DNA of 64,000 nt, taken from NCBI GenBank assembly GCA_030704615.1, contig CM060732.1, forward strand, positions 81,530,001 through 81,594,000, written 5' to 3'. Numbering within the stretch: position 1 is the stretch's first letter; every line of letters begins with the position of its first letter. Under the pieces are notes generated by a model, which worked only from the letters and a program-made list of their open reading frames with translations, did not search any database and had not been told where the DNA came from. The position numbers were made by a program, and so were the translations under genes. The DNA comes from Takakia lepidozioides (Eukaryota; Plantae; Bryophyta). Of the stretch, positions 34,874 to 47,169 are shown one piece after another.

Positions 34874-37800
34874 CCCGCAGCTATAGCCCTGCACGTTAAC
34901 CATTCTTTCCAGTTGCTGACTTGCCAACAGCAGCTGCAGGACTGATCACTACTGGGATGAGCACAGATGCACACCTGGAGAGATTCAAGTCTAATGTTGC
35001 CAAACAAAGCTAAGAGTTCCCTTTCACACTGCACAGTTGAAAATGTGAACATCAGTTTGCGGGTCTTAAAACAAAAGCTTGGAAAAGAAAGTATTCAGAT
35101 GTTGCATGAAACATAAAACATTGTTTTTTCTGGTATGTGTGAATTATTTGCATTCCCAGTAGCTGTATTCAAGAATGTTTGTATACTGCTGAATTTCAAC
35201 AGGGTTGCCCACACAACGGGCAATTGCAATTCCTCTTTCCTCTCTGCATGTCTTTCAGTATTTCTATCAAAGAGAGGGAGAGAGACCGATGCAGAATTTA
35301 TTGACAGGGATAACAAATATAACTTCTATCTGAGTCAAAGAAAGAAAGAAACTTCGTAACATTCAAGAGAGAATTGGAATTATCAACAGCTGATGGTTCA
35401 GATGAACCAGTGTCTGATTTAAAACCGATAAGAAGGGCTTGGAAAAGAAAGTATTCAGATGTTGAATGAAACATAAAACATTGCTTTTTTGGGTTGTGTG
35501 AGTTATTTGCATTCACAACAGCTGTATTCAAGTATATTTGTATACTACTGATTTTCATCAAGGTTGCCCATACAACGGGCAATTGCAATTCCTCTTTCCT
35601 CTCTGCATGTCTTTCAGTATTCCTACCAAAGAGAGGGAGAGAGACCGATGTAGAATTTATTGACAGGGATAACAAAAATATCACTTCTATCTGAGTCAAA
35701 GAAAGAAAGAAACTTCGTAACATGCAATAGAGAATTGGAATTACCAACAGCTGATGGTTCAGATGAACCAATGTCTGATCCGTCTGTGGGAAGAGTCCGC
35801 TTCGCACATAGCAAACACAAAGACACCAAGGCTATGGTAACCCCAACCAATACAACAGCTCCAGCCACCCCCGCAGCTATGGCCCCTGCACGTTAACCAT
35901 TCTTTCCAGTTCCTGACTTGCCAACAACAGCCGCAGGACTGATCACTACTGGGGTGAGCACAGACGCACACTTGGAGAGATTCAAGTCTGATGTTGCAGG
36001 ACAATGCTGAGAGTTCCCCTTCACACTGCACAGTTGAAAATGTGAACATCAGTTTGCGGGTCTTAAAACCGATAAGAAGATCTTGGAAAAGAAAGTATTC
36101 AGATGTTGCATGAAACATAAAACATTGTTTTTTCTGGTATGTGTGAATTATTTGCATTCCCAGTAGCTGTATTCAAGAATGTTTGTGTACTCCTGAATTT
36201 CAACAGGGTTGCCCACACAACGGGCAAATGCAATTCCTCTTTCCTCTCTGCATGTCTTTCAGTATTCCTACCAAAGATAGGGAGAGAGACCGATGCAGAA
36301 TTTATTGACAGGGATAACAAATATAACTTCTATCTGAGTCAAAGAAAGAAAGAAACTTTGTAACATTCAAGAGAGAATTGGAATTACCAACAGCTGATGG
36401 TTCAGATGAACCAGTGTCTGATTTAAAACCGATAAGAAGAGCTTGGAAAAGAAAGTATTCAGATGTTGAATGAAACATAAAACATTGCTTTTCTGGGCTT
36501 TGTGAGTTAAATTTTTTAGTCACAGTAGCTGTATTCAAGAATGTTTGTATATTGCTTAATTTCAACAAGGTTGCCCACACATCGGGCAATTGCAATTCCT
36601 CTTTCCTCTCTGCATGTCTTTCAGTATTCCTACCAAAGAGAGGGAGGGAGACCGATGAAGAATTTATTGACAGGGATAACAAATATAACTTCTATCTGAG
36701 TCAAAGAAAGAAAGAAACTTCGTAACATTCAACAGAGAATTGGAACTACCAACAGCCGATGGTTTACATGAGACAGTGTCTGATTTAAAACCGATAAGAA
36801 ATGCTTGGAAAAGAAAGTATTCTGATGTTGAATGAAACATAAAACATTGTTTTTTCTGCGTTGTGTGAGTTATTTGCATTCCCAGTAGCTGTATTCAAGA
36901 ATGTTTGTATACTACTTAATTTCAACAAGGTTGCCCACACAACGGGCAATTGCAATTCGTCTTTCCTCTCTACATGTCTTTCAGTATTCATACCAAAGAG
37001 AGGGAGAGAGACCGATGCAGAATTTATTGATAGGGATAACTAAAATATCACTTCTATCTGAGTCAAAGAAAGAAAGAAACTTCGTAACATGCAACAAAGA
37101 ATTGGAATTTCCAACAGCTGATGGTTCAGATTAACCAATGTCTGATCCGCCTGTGGGAAGGTGTTTCGCACGTAGCAAACACGAAGACACCAAGGCTATG
37201 GTAACCCCAACCAATACAACAGCTCCAACCACCCCCGCAGCTATGGCCCCTGCACGTGAACCATTCTTTCCAGTTGATGACTTGCCAACAGCAGCCGCAA
37301 GACTGATCACTAGTGGGGTGAGCACAGATGCACACTTGGAGAGATTCAAGTCTGATCTTGGAGAGCAAAGTAGAGAGTTCCCCTTCACACTACACAGTTG
37401 AAAATGTTAACATCAGTTTGCGGGTCTTAAAAGCGATAAGAAGAGCTTGGAAAAGAAAGTATTCAGATGTTGAATTAAACATAAAACGTTGCTTTTATGG
37501 GCTGTGTGAGTTAAATTTTGTAGTCTTAGTAGCTGTATATAAGAATGTTTGTATATTGCTTAATTTTAACAAGGATGCCCACACATCGGGCAATTGCAAC
37601 TCCTCTTTCCTCTCTGCATGTCTTTCAGTATTCCTACAAAAGAGAGGGAGAGAGACCGATGCAAAATTTATTGACAGGGATAACAAAAATATCACTTTTA
37701 TCTGAGTCAAAGAAAGAAAGAAACTTCGTAACATGCAACAGAGAATTGGAATTTCCAACAGCTGATGGTTCAGATGAACGAGTGTCTGATCCGTCTGTGG

Positions 37801-39562
37801 GAAGGCGCTTCGCACGTAGCAAACACAAAGACACCAAGGCTATGGTAACCCCAATCAATACAACAGCTCCAGCCGACCCCCCAGCTATGGCCCCTGCACG
37901 TGTCAGATGAACGAGTGTCTAATTCAAAACCGATAAGAAGAGCTTGGAAAAGAAAGCATTCAGATGTTGAATGAAACATAAAATATTGCTTTTCTGGGTT
38001 GTGTGAGTTATTTGCATTCACAGTAGCTGTATGCAAGTATGTTTGTATACTGCTTAATTTCAACAAGGTTGCCCACACAACGAGCAATTGCAATTCCTCT
38101 TTCCTCTCTGCATGTCTTTCAGTATTCCTACCAAAGAGACAGAGAGAGACCGATGCAGAATTTACTGACAGGGATAACAAAAATATCACTTCTATCTGAG
38201 TTAAAGAAAGAAAGAAACTTCGTAACGTGCAACAGAGAATTGGAATTACCAACAGCTGATGGTTCAGATGAACCATTGTCTGATCCATCTATGGGAAGGC
38301 GCTTAGCACGTAGCAAACACAAAGACACCAAGGCTATGGCAACCCCAACCAATACAACAACGCCAGCCACCCCCGCAGCTATGGCCCCTGCATGTTAACC
38401 ATTCTTTCCAATTCCTGACTTGCCAACAGCAGCCGCAAGACTAATCACTACTGGGGTGAGCACAGATGCACACTTGGAGAGATTCAAGTCTGATGTTGGA
38501 GAACAAAGCTGAAAGTTCCCCTTCACACTGCACAGTTGAAAATGTGAACATCAGTTTGCGGGTCTTAAAACCGATAAGAAGAGCTTGGAAAAGAAAGTAT
38601 TCAGATGTTGAATGAAACATAAAACGTTGCTTTTCTGGGATGTGTGAGTTAAATTTTGTAGTCACAGTAGCTGTATTCAAGAATGTTTGTATACTACTTA
38701 ATTTCAACAAGGTTGCCCACACAACGGGCAATTGCAATTCCTCTTTCCTCTCTGCATGTCTTTCAGTATTCCTACCAAAGAGAGGGAGAGAGACCGATGC
38801 AGAATTTATTGACAGGGATAACAAAAATATCACTTCTATCTTAAGCAAAGAAAGAAAGAAACTTCGTAACATGCAACAGAGAATTGAATTACCAAGAGTT
38901 GATGGTTCAGATGAACCAGTGTCTGATCCGTCTGTGGGAAGGTGCTTCGCACGTAGCAAACACCAAAGACACCAAGGCTATGGTAACCCCAACCAATACA
39001 ACAGCTCCAGCCACCCCCGCAGCTATGGCCCCTGCACGTTAACCATTCCTTCCAGTTGCTGACTTGCCAACAACAGCCGCAGGACTGATCACTAGTGGGG
39101 TGAGCACAGATGCACACTTGGAGAGATTCAAGTCTGATGTTGCAGAACAAAGCTGAGAGTTCCCCTTCACACTGCACAGTTGAAAATGTGAACATCAGTT
39201 TGCGGGTCTTAAAAGCGAGAAGAAGAGCTTGGAAAAGAAAGTATTCAGATGTTGAATGAAACATAAAATATTGCTTTTCTGGGTTGTGTGAGCTATTTGC
39301 ATTCACAGTAGCTGTATTCAAGTATGTTTGTATACTGCTGATTTTCAACAAGGTTGCCCATACAACGGGCAATTGCAATTTCTCTTTCCTCTCTGCATGT
39401 CTTTCAGTATTCCTACCAAAGATAGGGAGAGAGACCGATGCAGAATTTATTGACAGGGATGACAAAAATATCACTTCTATCTGAGTCAAAGAAAGAAAGA
39501 AACTTCGTAACATGCAACAGAGAATTGGAATTACCAACAGCTGATGGTTCAGATGAACCAGT
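34874..39562 (-). repeat. Main TM-exon tandem array (mixed ~644-bp, ~360-bp and ~494-bp units)
   Basis: Marker GGGCAATTGCAATTC (or a 1-nt variant) at ~35218, 35577, 36222, 36584, 36944, 37588, 38082, 38726 and 39367. Confidence 0.93.
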
Positions 39563-40472
39563 TTCCCAGGAGCCTCTGAGCCCATGACACGTAGCATGGT
39601 TTTGGGAAAGATGCGGCGTCTATTTCCGTGGAAGAGGATCCATTACCGCAGAAATAGGTCTTCATCCATATTAACCCTGTAACCCCAAACAGAAACCCCA
39701 ACCCTTGTCAGCCTTAGGGACCCACCTCAACCCCGACAGTGAACCTCGTGATCCCTGACATCATCCATGGGACCATCCATGCATGCAACATTCATCCACA
39801 GTGTACATCCAGTCGGGCTTCATCCATCCAAAAACATTCATCCTCCATCCATCCAACCAAATATTAGTGTGATGGCATATGTCGAATGACTGTCTACTGG
39901 AAAAACTTTTATTGAATGCACACGATTTTATTGGATAGCAATGTTTAGAAGGAAATCACTTTCAAATTCGCAGGACGCAATGGAGAGAATGTTTCAATTC
40001 AGGGATGTGAATTTCATTGTAGTCCGTGCTCATTACAACGGATGGTGGGAAGAGAAATGGTGGTGCAACAGAAAACGGAGAGTGTGTCCGCGCATGTTCC
40101 ATAAATGAATGCCCTCAAGTACATCCGTAGGTGGTGTCAACACTGCTACTGCTACCACCTGAAACTGCTGCACTATCATCTATGAAGACCTTTGCGCGGA
40201 GGTGCCTGAGCGTCTTCCTAGAATTCCAACGCAAGGGTGGGGGAGAAAGCACAGCTGCTTGCACACAAGCAATGCCTTCCGCGTAGTCGGGAAGGACATA
40301 ATTAGGAGGTGGGCTCTAGCACAAGTCCCTCGGGTATATGGAAGACAGGGGCCACGGGAGTGCGTTCACATTCCTGTAATCAGAAATGCACCATTTGGGT
40401 AATAATCAGACAACAGAAGGGGACGCGACAGAGCATATACACAGGGATCAAATAGACAGAAAATGAACTTAC

Positions 40473-43400
40473 TCAAATGAAAAGTCATTGTCCAGGTCCT
40501 TGTCGTCTCCGTCGAGGATATCAATTTGCGCAGTGACATCCTTCACATTGGAGGTAGACGAGCCCCCTTGAAACTTGGCGAGTAGGCCAGTGAAAATATC
40601 TACATCGCCTTCCATACCAAACAAGTGCCTGCCACTTGCCTTGCAAGCATGGTAAGAAACGCCTGCAAGAGACAGAATGATGAAATTAGAGTTTTAGAAT
40701 ATTGAGTAAAGAAGGTGCAGAAGAAAAGAAATCGATGACAAAGGCAAGAAGAGAAACCTGTGCCGAGAGTGAGATCTATGATGCGGGCCCCTAGCCGAGA
40801 ACAACTCTCAATGATCGTTTGGATAAAAGCCGGGTTTTTTTCACGGGCCCCTCTCCAAGGCGTTCCATTTGGCTTTCTCAAACATACGTTGGAGTCCACA
40901 TAGTTGTAGTGCATGTCGTTGACGACAGGATCGAACCTCTCATTTATGAAACATCCTCCCCCATGAAGCTCGAACTCCACCATTATGGTGGGAGTCGACA
41001 GTGGATGTACCCTCACGAGACAGACGGCCTCAAATAGACGGGTCTGCGATGAAGATGGCAATAATTAGTGAGGAATGTTTCATAGCACATCTGGGTGGGA
41101 GTGCAGACCCATTCCGGATGGAACGGGTTCAGAGTCATTGCTCATGCACCGCCATAACTGAGTGCGCTGAAGCACTCAATTCAGGCAGTGCGAACATCAT
41201 GACTTCATAACAGTCAGTACAGTGGAACTTCAACAGAGAAGACATAAAAATAAAGTATTTGAAACGTACCTTCTGCCTTGGGCAATCCCCCTTCGTCAGA
41301 TATAGGTTGTTGACACAGTTCCAGGTCTTGATAATCCGCATCCCCGAGGCTTTCAAGTAGCTTACCAGCTCCCGACGACATCTCATCGTGACAGATTGTA
41401 TGATAACAAGAACCCCTGCATCGTAAAGGAAAAACTTGCAAAAGAAAAACACCCAACTCCAATACCTCTCGTCAAATTTGTTCCATGTTGGGCAGGTGTC
41501 ACTGGGCAGAATATCCGAGATTGGATGCCCGTCCGGAATGTCCACAATAACCATCTCCGAAGCAAACAATTTCTGTGCACCATTCACCCAAGATTCCTCC
41601 CCCCTCCATGACTGCAAGCAATATAGCGTGGAAGAAGGGGAGGATGTAATTTTATAAGCGACATGTCTGATCCGAGTAAAAATAAAACAAAGAAAACAAA
41701 ACTCAAACACATGCATGATAATTACTTACCGATTGGAGAAAAGCACATAGCTTGTCCCACGTTTTGGAAGGATCACCACTGTAACTTGACTTCCTTGTCC
41801 CCATCATGGCCAGGAACCCGTCGTTTACCAGCTCGCACATGCCCGGAAAAATGATTCTGGATGGGTGCTCCATTGCATCGTAGGGCTCTTTTAGACCCTT
41901 CTTTTTTCGGTCAGGCTTTTTGGCCGGGGGTGGGGTTTGCACTGGCCCCGGTTGCACCACAGACTCCTTCTCATTCTCATTCGGAGTGTTTTTCTGCCCC
42001 TTTACCTTCCCTTTCCCCTTGTCCTTCTAGGCTTGACTGGCGTATTCTGTGCAAGAGGCTCTTTCTCAGCCAATATCCTCAAGTTTCTCTCGTGCAACTC
42101 CTTCTCCGTCAGAGGGGCCAAGGCCTCTGCATTGTGGTTTTGATTTCGGGTCACAAGCTCAGACCAAGGGCATCTAGACCGTGGGATATCCATATACCAG
42201 CAATAGTCTCGAAGATGTGAGGTCCCGTAATCCTTCAAAATCCCTGCAGTGTACATTGTTTGAGCGTTGGATGGGTCACACCATAGGTCAATAAAGTGCG
42301 GGTGTCGACTCAGGTTCTTGCCTGGAATGAGAACGTTCTTGATGTACCTACACAATCAAAACAGAGGGAATGTTAGTAAGTGGGGAAATTGTGAGAAAAC
42401 GGTTAAAGGACCCCTTGACTGTGTGCGCCGACGCACTCAATTTTTGGTCTGTCCACCCAGGCCCTAGTCACAAGTCAGGGCAGGTGTGATTCAATAGAGG
42501 ATCGGATGTTCGTATGTAGAATGAAAGCTTGGGAAACACAGAAGTGCCCACCCCTTTACTGAGTGCGTCAGCACACACAGTTTTGGGACTGTGTATTCAA
42601 CAGAGCAGGGCTGCAACGACATCGAAACTTCGTGAAACATGCACGAAGGTTGGAAAAAGAGTGTCAAGACGAACCTGTATCGAACTTTTTTCATGGCCTG
42701 TTCTGATCCATGGCTGCTCGAAGTCATTAGTGCGCGAGATGCCTCCCTCTTTGGCAAACTCCCTGAAGAAGCAAGTGCCGAAGCAAGCTGTTTTCCATTG
42801 GCGGACATAGTCTTCTAGAGTATCTGTCGGTGGAGTCATAGTTATCTTGTAATCATTCAGCTGCTTCTCCAGCACCAGCTGTGCCCGAGCCTCTATCTGC
42901 GCAAGAACAGATTTACAATTCAGAGAACAGATTTTTAAGAACTGTAAGTGACTTTTCTCGGTGCAATGCAGTTTTGCAGTGGAATTGGAAAGGCGAGAGG
43001 AAAAAACCTGTGCCTAGTACGTGGCTTTGTGCAGCCACATATCGAGAACATGGTCACTGAATTGCTTTATGACTCCTGTTTCCTTGTTCTTCTCACTCTT
43101 CGGAAAGCAGTGGTTATCTTTCACTGTCGGGTCGATGTTCCAAATCTCAAGCCATTTCACTTTCACCTCTGGCTCCACTACGGCAGTGGACAGGCGATGA
43201 AGCTTCTCCTGCATCATTTCGGGCTTGGTGTTCACGTTCCAGTGGATCCTGACCTGATTCAAGAACTCTGGGCCAAAAGCAGGGTTGGCTATTTTGAGTT
43301 GTTTTACGAATGCGTTCATGTAGTGCCTCTTCGCCACCTCCATCTCCTTGTTCATAGATTCTTCCACTCCTTTTGAGGATCGCTCCCCTGGGTCTTTTTT

Positions 43401-44383
43401 GGCATAGTACTCTGCTTTCCCTTTCTCTCCAGCCTCCGCAATCTCTTGTTGAACATTCCATCATACAACGTATTAGTCAACTGGGTTTTTGAATGAACAA
43501 GTAGACAGAGCTAGGGAATGAATACTTACAGCGTACATGTAGTCACAGAAAGCCTCCTTGGTCAACTTGTACCATGTGTCGGCGGATTTGGAGGTCTCGC
43601 ACTTCTTGTAAGCCTCGGCACTGATAAAGTTTTTGAAGGTGACCAGTGGCATTTGGCCCACCTTCTGTATCCTGAATAGAGCGTGGACCAAATTCGTCGT
43701 CACGTGTGCACTTTTGGTTCCCCTGCAGTCCCACACAAACACTATGACTTCCTCATTCACCAGGAAATACAAAACAGACAGAACAAATCGGAGAGTTCTG
43801 ATGGCATGAAGGGTGAGCATTATACTTATTTGTTGATGTCATGCATAGCCGTCAAAAGTGTTGTGACGTTTCATTTCGGATCCAGCACCACGGACGCCAC
43901 AAGGTAGTGCCAGTCCTCGTCTGTGCTGTGATATTTGTTTATGACGTTCATCCAGACCATGAAGCGGTGATTGCTATCCCAGATATGAAACATTTTCTCG
44001 GAGAACACTTGTGTGGACAGTCTCCTCGAAATCTGGGCTTCGAACTCCTCGTTTACTTCTCGCCATATTGGATCCCAACTTTTCACAATTGACTCATCCA
44101 CCAAGACCTCCTTTCCACTGGCATCGCACAAGGACACGTAAAACACCGGAGACCCCTCTATGTATCCGTGACTAAAATCTTGCTCCAACTTGGACACATC
44201 CCCGGTCAGGGCAGGTTGAACGATTGGCATTGATATTAGGTGGCAGAGAGGGATCATAAGCTTGCCTCTAGGTACCTGCATAGACTTGATCACCTTTGCG
44301 GAATTGACCTTCTGGTACACGAGGACCTTTGCCGCTCGCTCTTCGTAGAAAAGATCGTCTTCTTCAACAGGCTTCTCAGTGAA
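40473..44383 (-). pseudogene. Multi-exon gene relic encoding a ParB/Srx-like N-terminal domain and a beta-class N6A/N4C DNA methyltransferase-like domain, probably transposon cargo
   Basis: WDSNHR at 43981-43964; VIVDIPDG at ~41551-41528; WRGAREKNP..I..IIE..S..G.RIIDLTLGTG|VSYHACKASGRHLFGMEGD assembled across the GT-AG intron 40757-40663. Several further GT-AG exons. Stop at 43871-43873 and a mutated donor at ~43828. Confidence 0.72.
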
Positions 44384-45549
44384 AAGGCGCTTCGCACGTA
44401 GCAAACACAAAGACACCAAGGCTATGGTAACCCCAACCAATACAACAGCTCCAGCCACCCCCGCAGCTATGGCCCCTGCACGTGAACCATTCCTTCCAGT
44501 TGCTGACTTGCCAACAGCAGCCGCAAGACTGATCACTACTGGGGTGAGCACAGATGCACACATGGAGAGACTCAAGTCTGATGTTGCAGAACAAAGCTGA
44601 CTGTTCCCCTTCACACTGCACAGTTGAAAATGTGAACTTCAGTTTGCGGGTCTTAAAACCGATAAGAAGAGCTTGGAAAAGAAAATATTCAGATGTTGAA
44701 TGAAACATAAAACATTGCTTTTCTCGGTTGTGTGAGTTATTTGCATTCACAGTAGCTGTATGCAAGTATGTTTGTATACTGCTGATTTTCAACAAGGTTG
44801 CCCACACAATGGGCAATTGCAATTCCTCTCTGAGATACTAACAACTCTTTTAGCTTGGGAAGTGTTGAAGGCTGGAATGGAAGGGACTGCAATATGCACA
44901 CTGCTGGCAGGAAAGGCTGTGTAATCTAAATGAGAGCTTACAACGAAGTCAAAAAATTTAGTGCTCCAACAGTGGTGGGTATTGGGCTTGTCAGTCTGTT
45001 GCCATCAAGCCACCTGCATTTTCCGGGACCATCAATTGTCCAAAAAACCACAAATCCACTTCATTTGACTACAACATTAAGAGATAAAATGACAATTCGA
45101 CTGAATTCTGAAAAACTGTTCATATGCTTATTACAATATGGCAGTGACAATCTTTGTTTGTCTTGAGAGAGAAACTAGATACTTACAAGGTAATCAGGCC
45201 TGTCAAACTTCCAAGTTGTGAAGATATCGACCCCCTCAATGCCAAATTAAAGAGCTTCCTGTTGACACAAAAACTTGCATACCCTGAATCTTCAGAGAAT
45301 CTAAGGAAAATGTTAAAGAGAGCTATCTTCTCTATCATCCCTCCCCTCTTTTCAATTCGTACCTCCTTCATCAAATGGATATCCCACTGGCAAATGCCCC
45401 AACTGAAAGACAAAGAAGTGACATCAATGTTTCGGACACTGCCTGTGCATTGGATGCCTCTCCAATGAGAATAGCAAGGATCTCCTGCCCAGCTGTTCAG
45501 TATCTTCGGGTCACCAACTGCTTTCTTGAATGCCAACAACGCCTCAGCT
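44384..45549 (-). pseudogene. 5' half (LRRNT, LRR exons, first TM unit) of the inverted LRR-RLK duplicate
   Basis: Reverse complement of 51523-52390 with deletions. Lacks the signal-peptide exon and the last LRR exon, and joins the TM array at ~44830. Confidence 0.92.
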
Positions 45550-45953
45550 AACAACGCCCCCTCAATGCCTTTCAGGACTGCTCAATTCACCAAAAGCATC
45601 TGTGAAGACATCTCTCAGCATGCAGGGCTGCTTAACATCAGAGTTGACGCTGGTTTTCAAATTCACCGTACCGGGACACCGTGCCTAGTCGGCAGCCAGG
45701 TTCGGCATTTGTTTTTTCAAGCCCGCTGCCCCTTTTCAGATTTGCTATTCCAGGTTAAAAGTTAAAAGGTAGGTAAAAGTAAAAGTAAAAGTTTAGAGGA
45801 GGTAAAGGTAAAGTTTCTATAACGTCCCGTGAATTTACAGAGCCTACTGCTCTACACACAGGCCATCGAGGGCGCAATGGACGGTAAAGTTTAGAGGAGG
45901 GAAGGGAAGGTTGGGGCCGCTTGCTTGAGGGAGGCGCACAAAGGAGGGAGAGC

Positions 45954-46973
45954 ATGGCAGGAGAGGCGGTGCGAGAGGGAGAGAGAATGGCGGGGTGCGA
46001 GAGCGAGAGAGCAGTCATAGGAGGCGTATTCTCGCAAAGACACGGGCGCAAGCGCAAGAAAGCATGCATGGAAAGAAACACAAACATGGAGAAAGAGAAA
46101 TCAGAGATGGACGGGGAGGTGTGGAGCAAGCTGCCTTCCGACCTACTGGAGAACGGGGTATTGACAATCTTGCCGCATAGACGACTTCGTGGGGTGTGCA
46201 AGTGATGGGATTCACTTATTTCTCAAGATCCACACTTTCTAGGGCTGCGTAATGAAGTCCCTCTTGGGAAGCATGTGCCATGCTTCATGTTTGTCTACGG
46301 AAGGGCGGAATTGCGAGTCTACGATCCATTCGCCGGTGCCTGGACTAACAATATCGACTTCAACTTCCTTAATAGGCGCATTGCTGCTACTTTTATTGGG
46401 AGTGCTGTCACCCGGCCCCACTTCCTCACTATGAGCCACACTCACACTGCTGCAGCAGGAGGCCTGTTCGTCTTCGCAACGTCGTTTAAATATTGCACAC
46501 TTTACACAGTGTGCAACCCGCTCTCAAAATGCTGGAGACTGTTACTGGTTGGCGCTATGGCTCCTTCAGACTTATCAGAAGATTATCGCATCACTAAAGC
46601 CATAGGTTTGTGGGAATTCAGGTTCTCCACTCGAGAGTGGAAGGCATTAGGGAGAATGCCTGACCTGTTGTTGAAGCAATTTAAGCATGACATGCGATGG
46701 AAAGATTTGGAGAGAGATGTAGCCGATAATGATGATGACGACGGTAAGATGCGATGGAAAGAGGGTTTGTGGACTGACAAGCGATGGAATGAGGATTTGT
46801 GGACTGCCGTAGCTCATGACGGTCTCATCCTGTTCAAATGCCAGGTCTCACGAACATTGGTGTATGACTTGGTGCAAGCATCGTGGAGCTGGCTTCCTCT
46901 GGCTGAAAGCCCGCAGCTTGAAACTCCGGTGTGCGGTGTAGTGAGCCTCCTTAGTATAGACAGGAAAGTCTAG
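45954..46973 (+). pseudogene. Intronless F-box protein gene with an in-frame stop
   Basis: MDGEVWSKLPSDLLE.VL..LP..RLRGVCK*WDSLI F-box with TGA at 46203-46205. The same frame continues with kelch/FBA-like motifs (AAAGGL, VCNPLSKCWR, LVYDLVQASWSWLP). Confidence 0.8.
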
Positions 46974-47169
46974 TTTTGTAGATATAATTCAAAAACAAAC
47001 TCACAGGGAACTTGTCTGACACTTTTTAGAACTGCAGGAACTTAACACAGATTGACCTGACATCCAATCAGTTGTCAGGCCTGATTCCATCCTACCTGGG
47101 TGAGCTGCCACAGTTGGTCTGAACAGTCATCTAAACAACAAAAAAAATCATGAGAGTTGAGGCAATGCC

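Noticed and set aside
34874-39562. Dscam-like mutually exclusive TM exon cassette
   Set aside because: Most full copies share a nonsense codon, several units lack the exon, and the host duplicate has no signal-peptide exon and is cut off from its kinase half.
35095-39597. Many 60-250 aa ORFs on both strands in the array
   Set aside because: They are alternative-frame or antisense translations of the repeated exon/intron unit.
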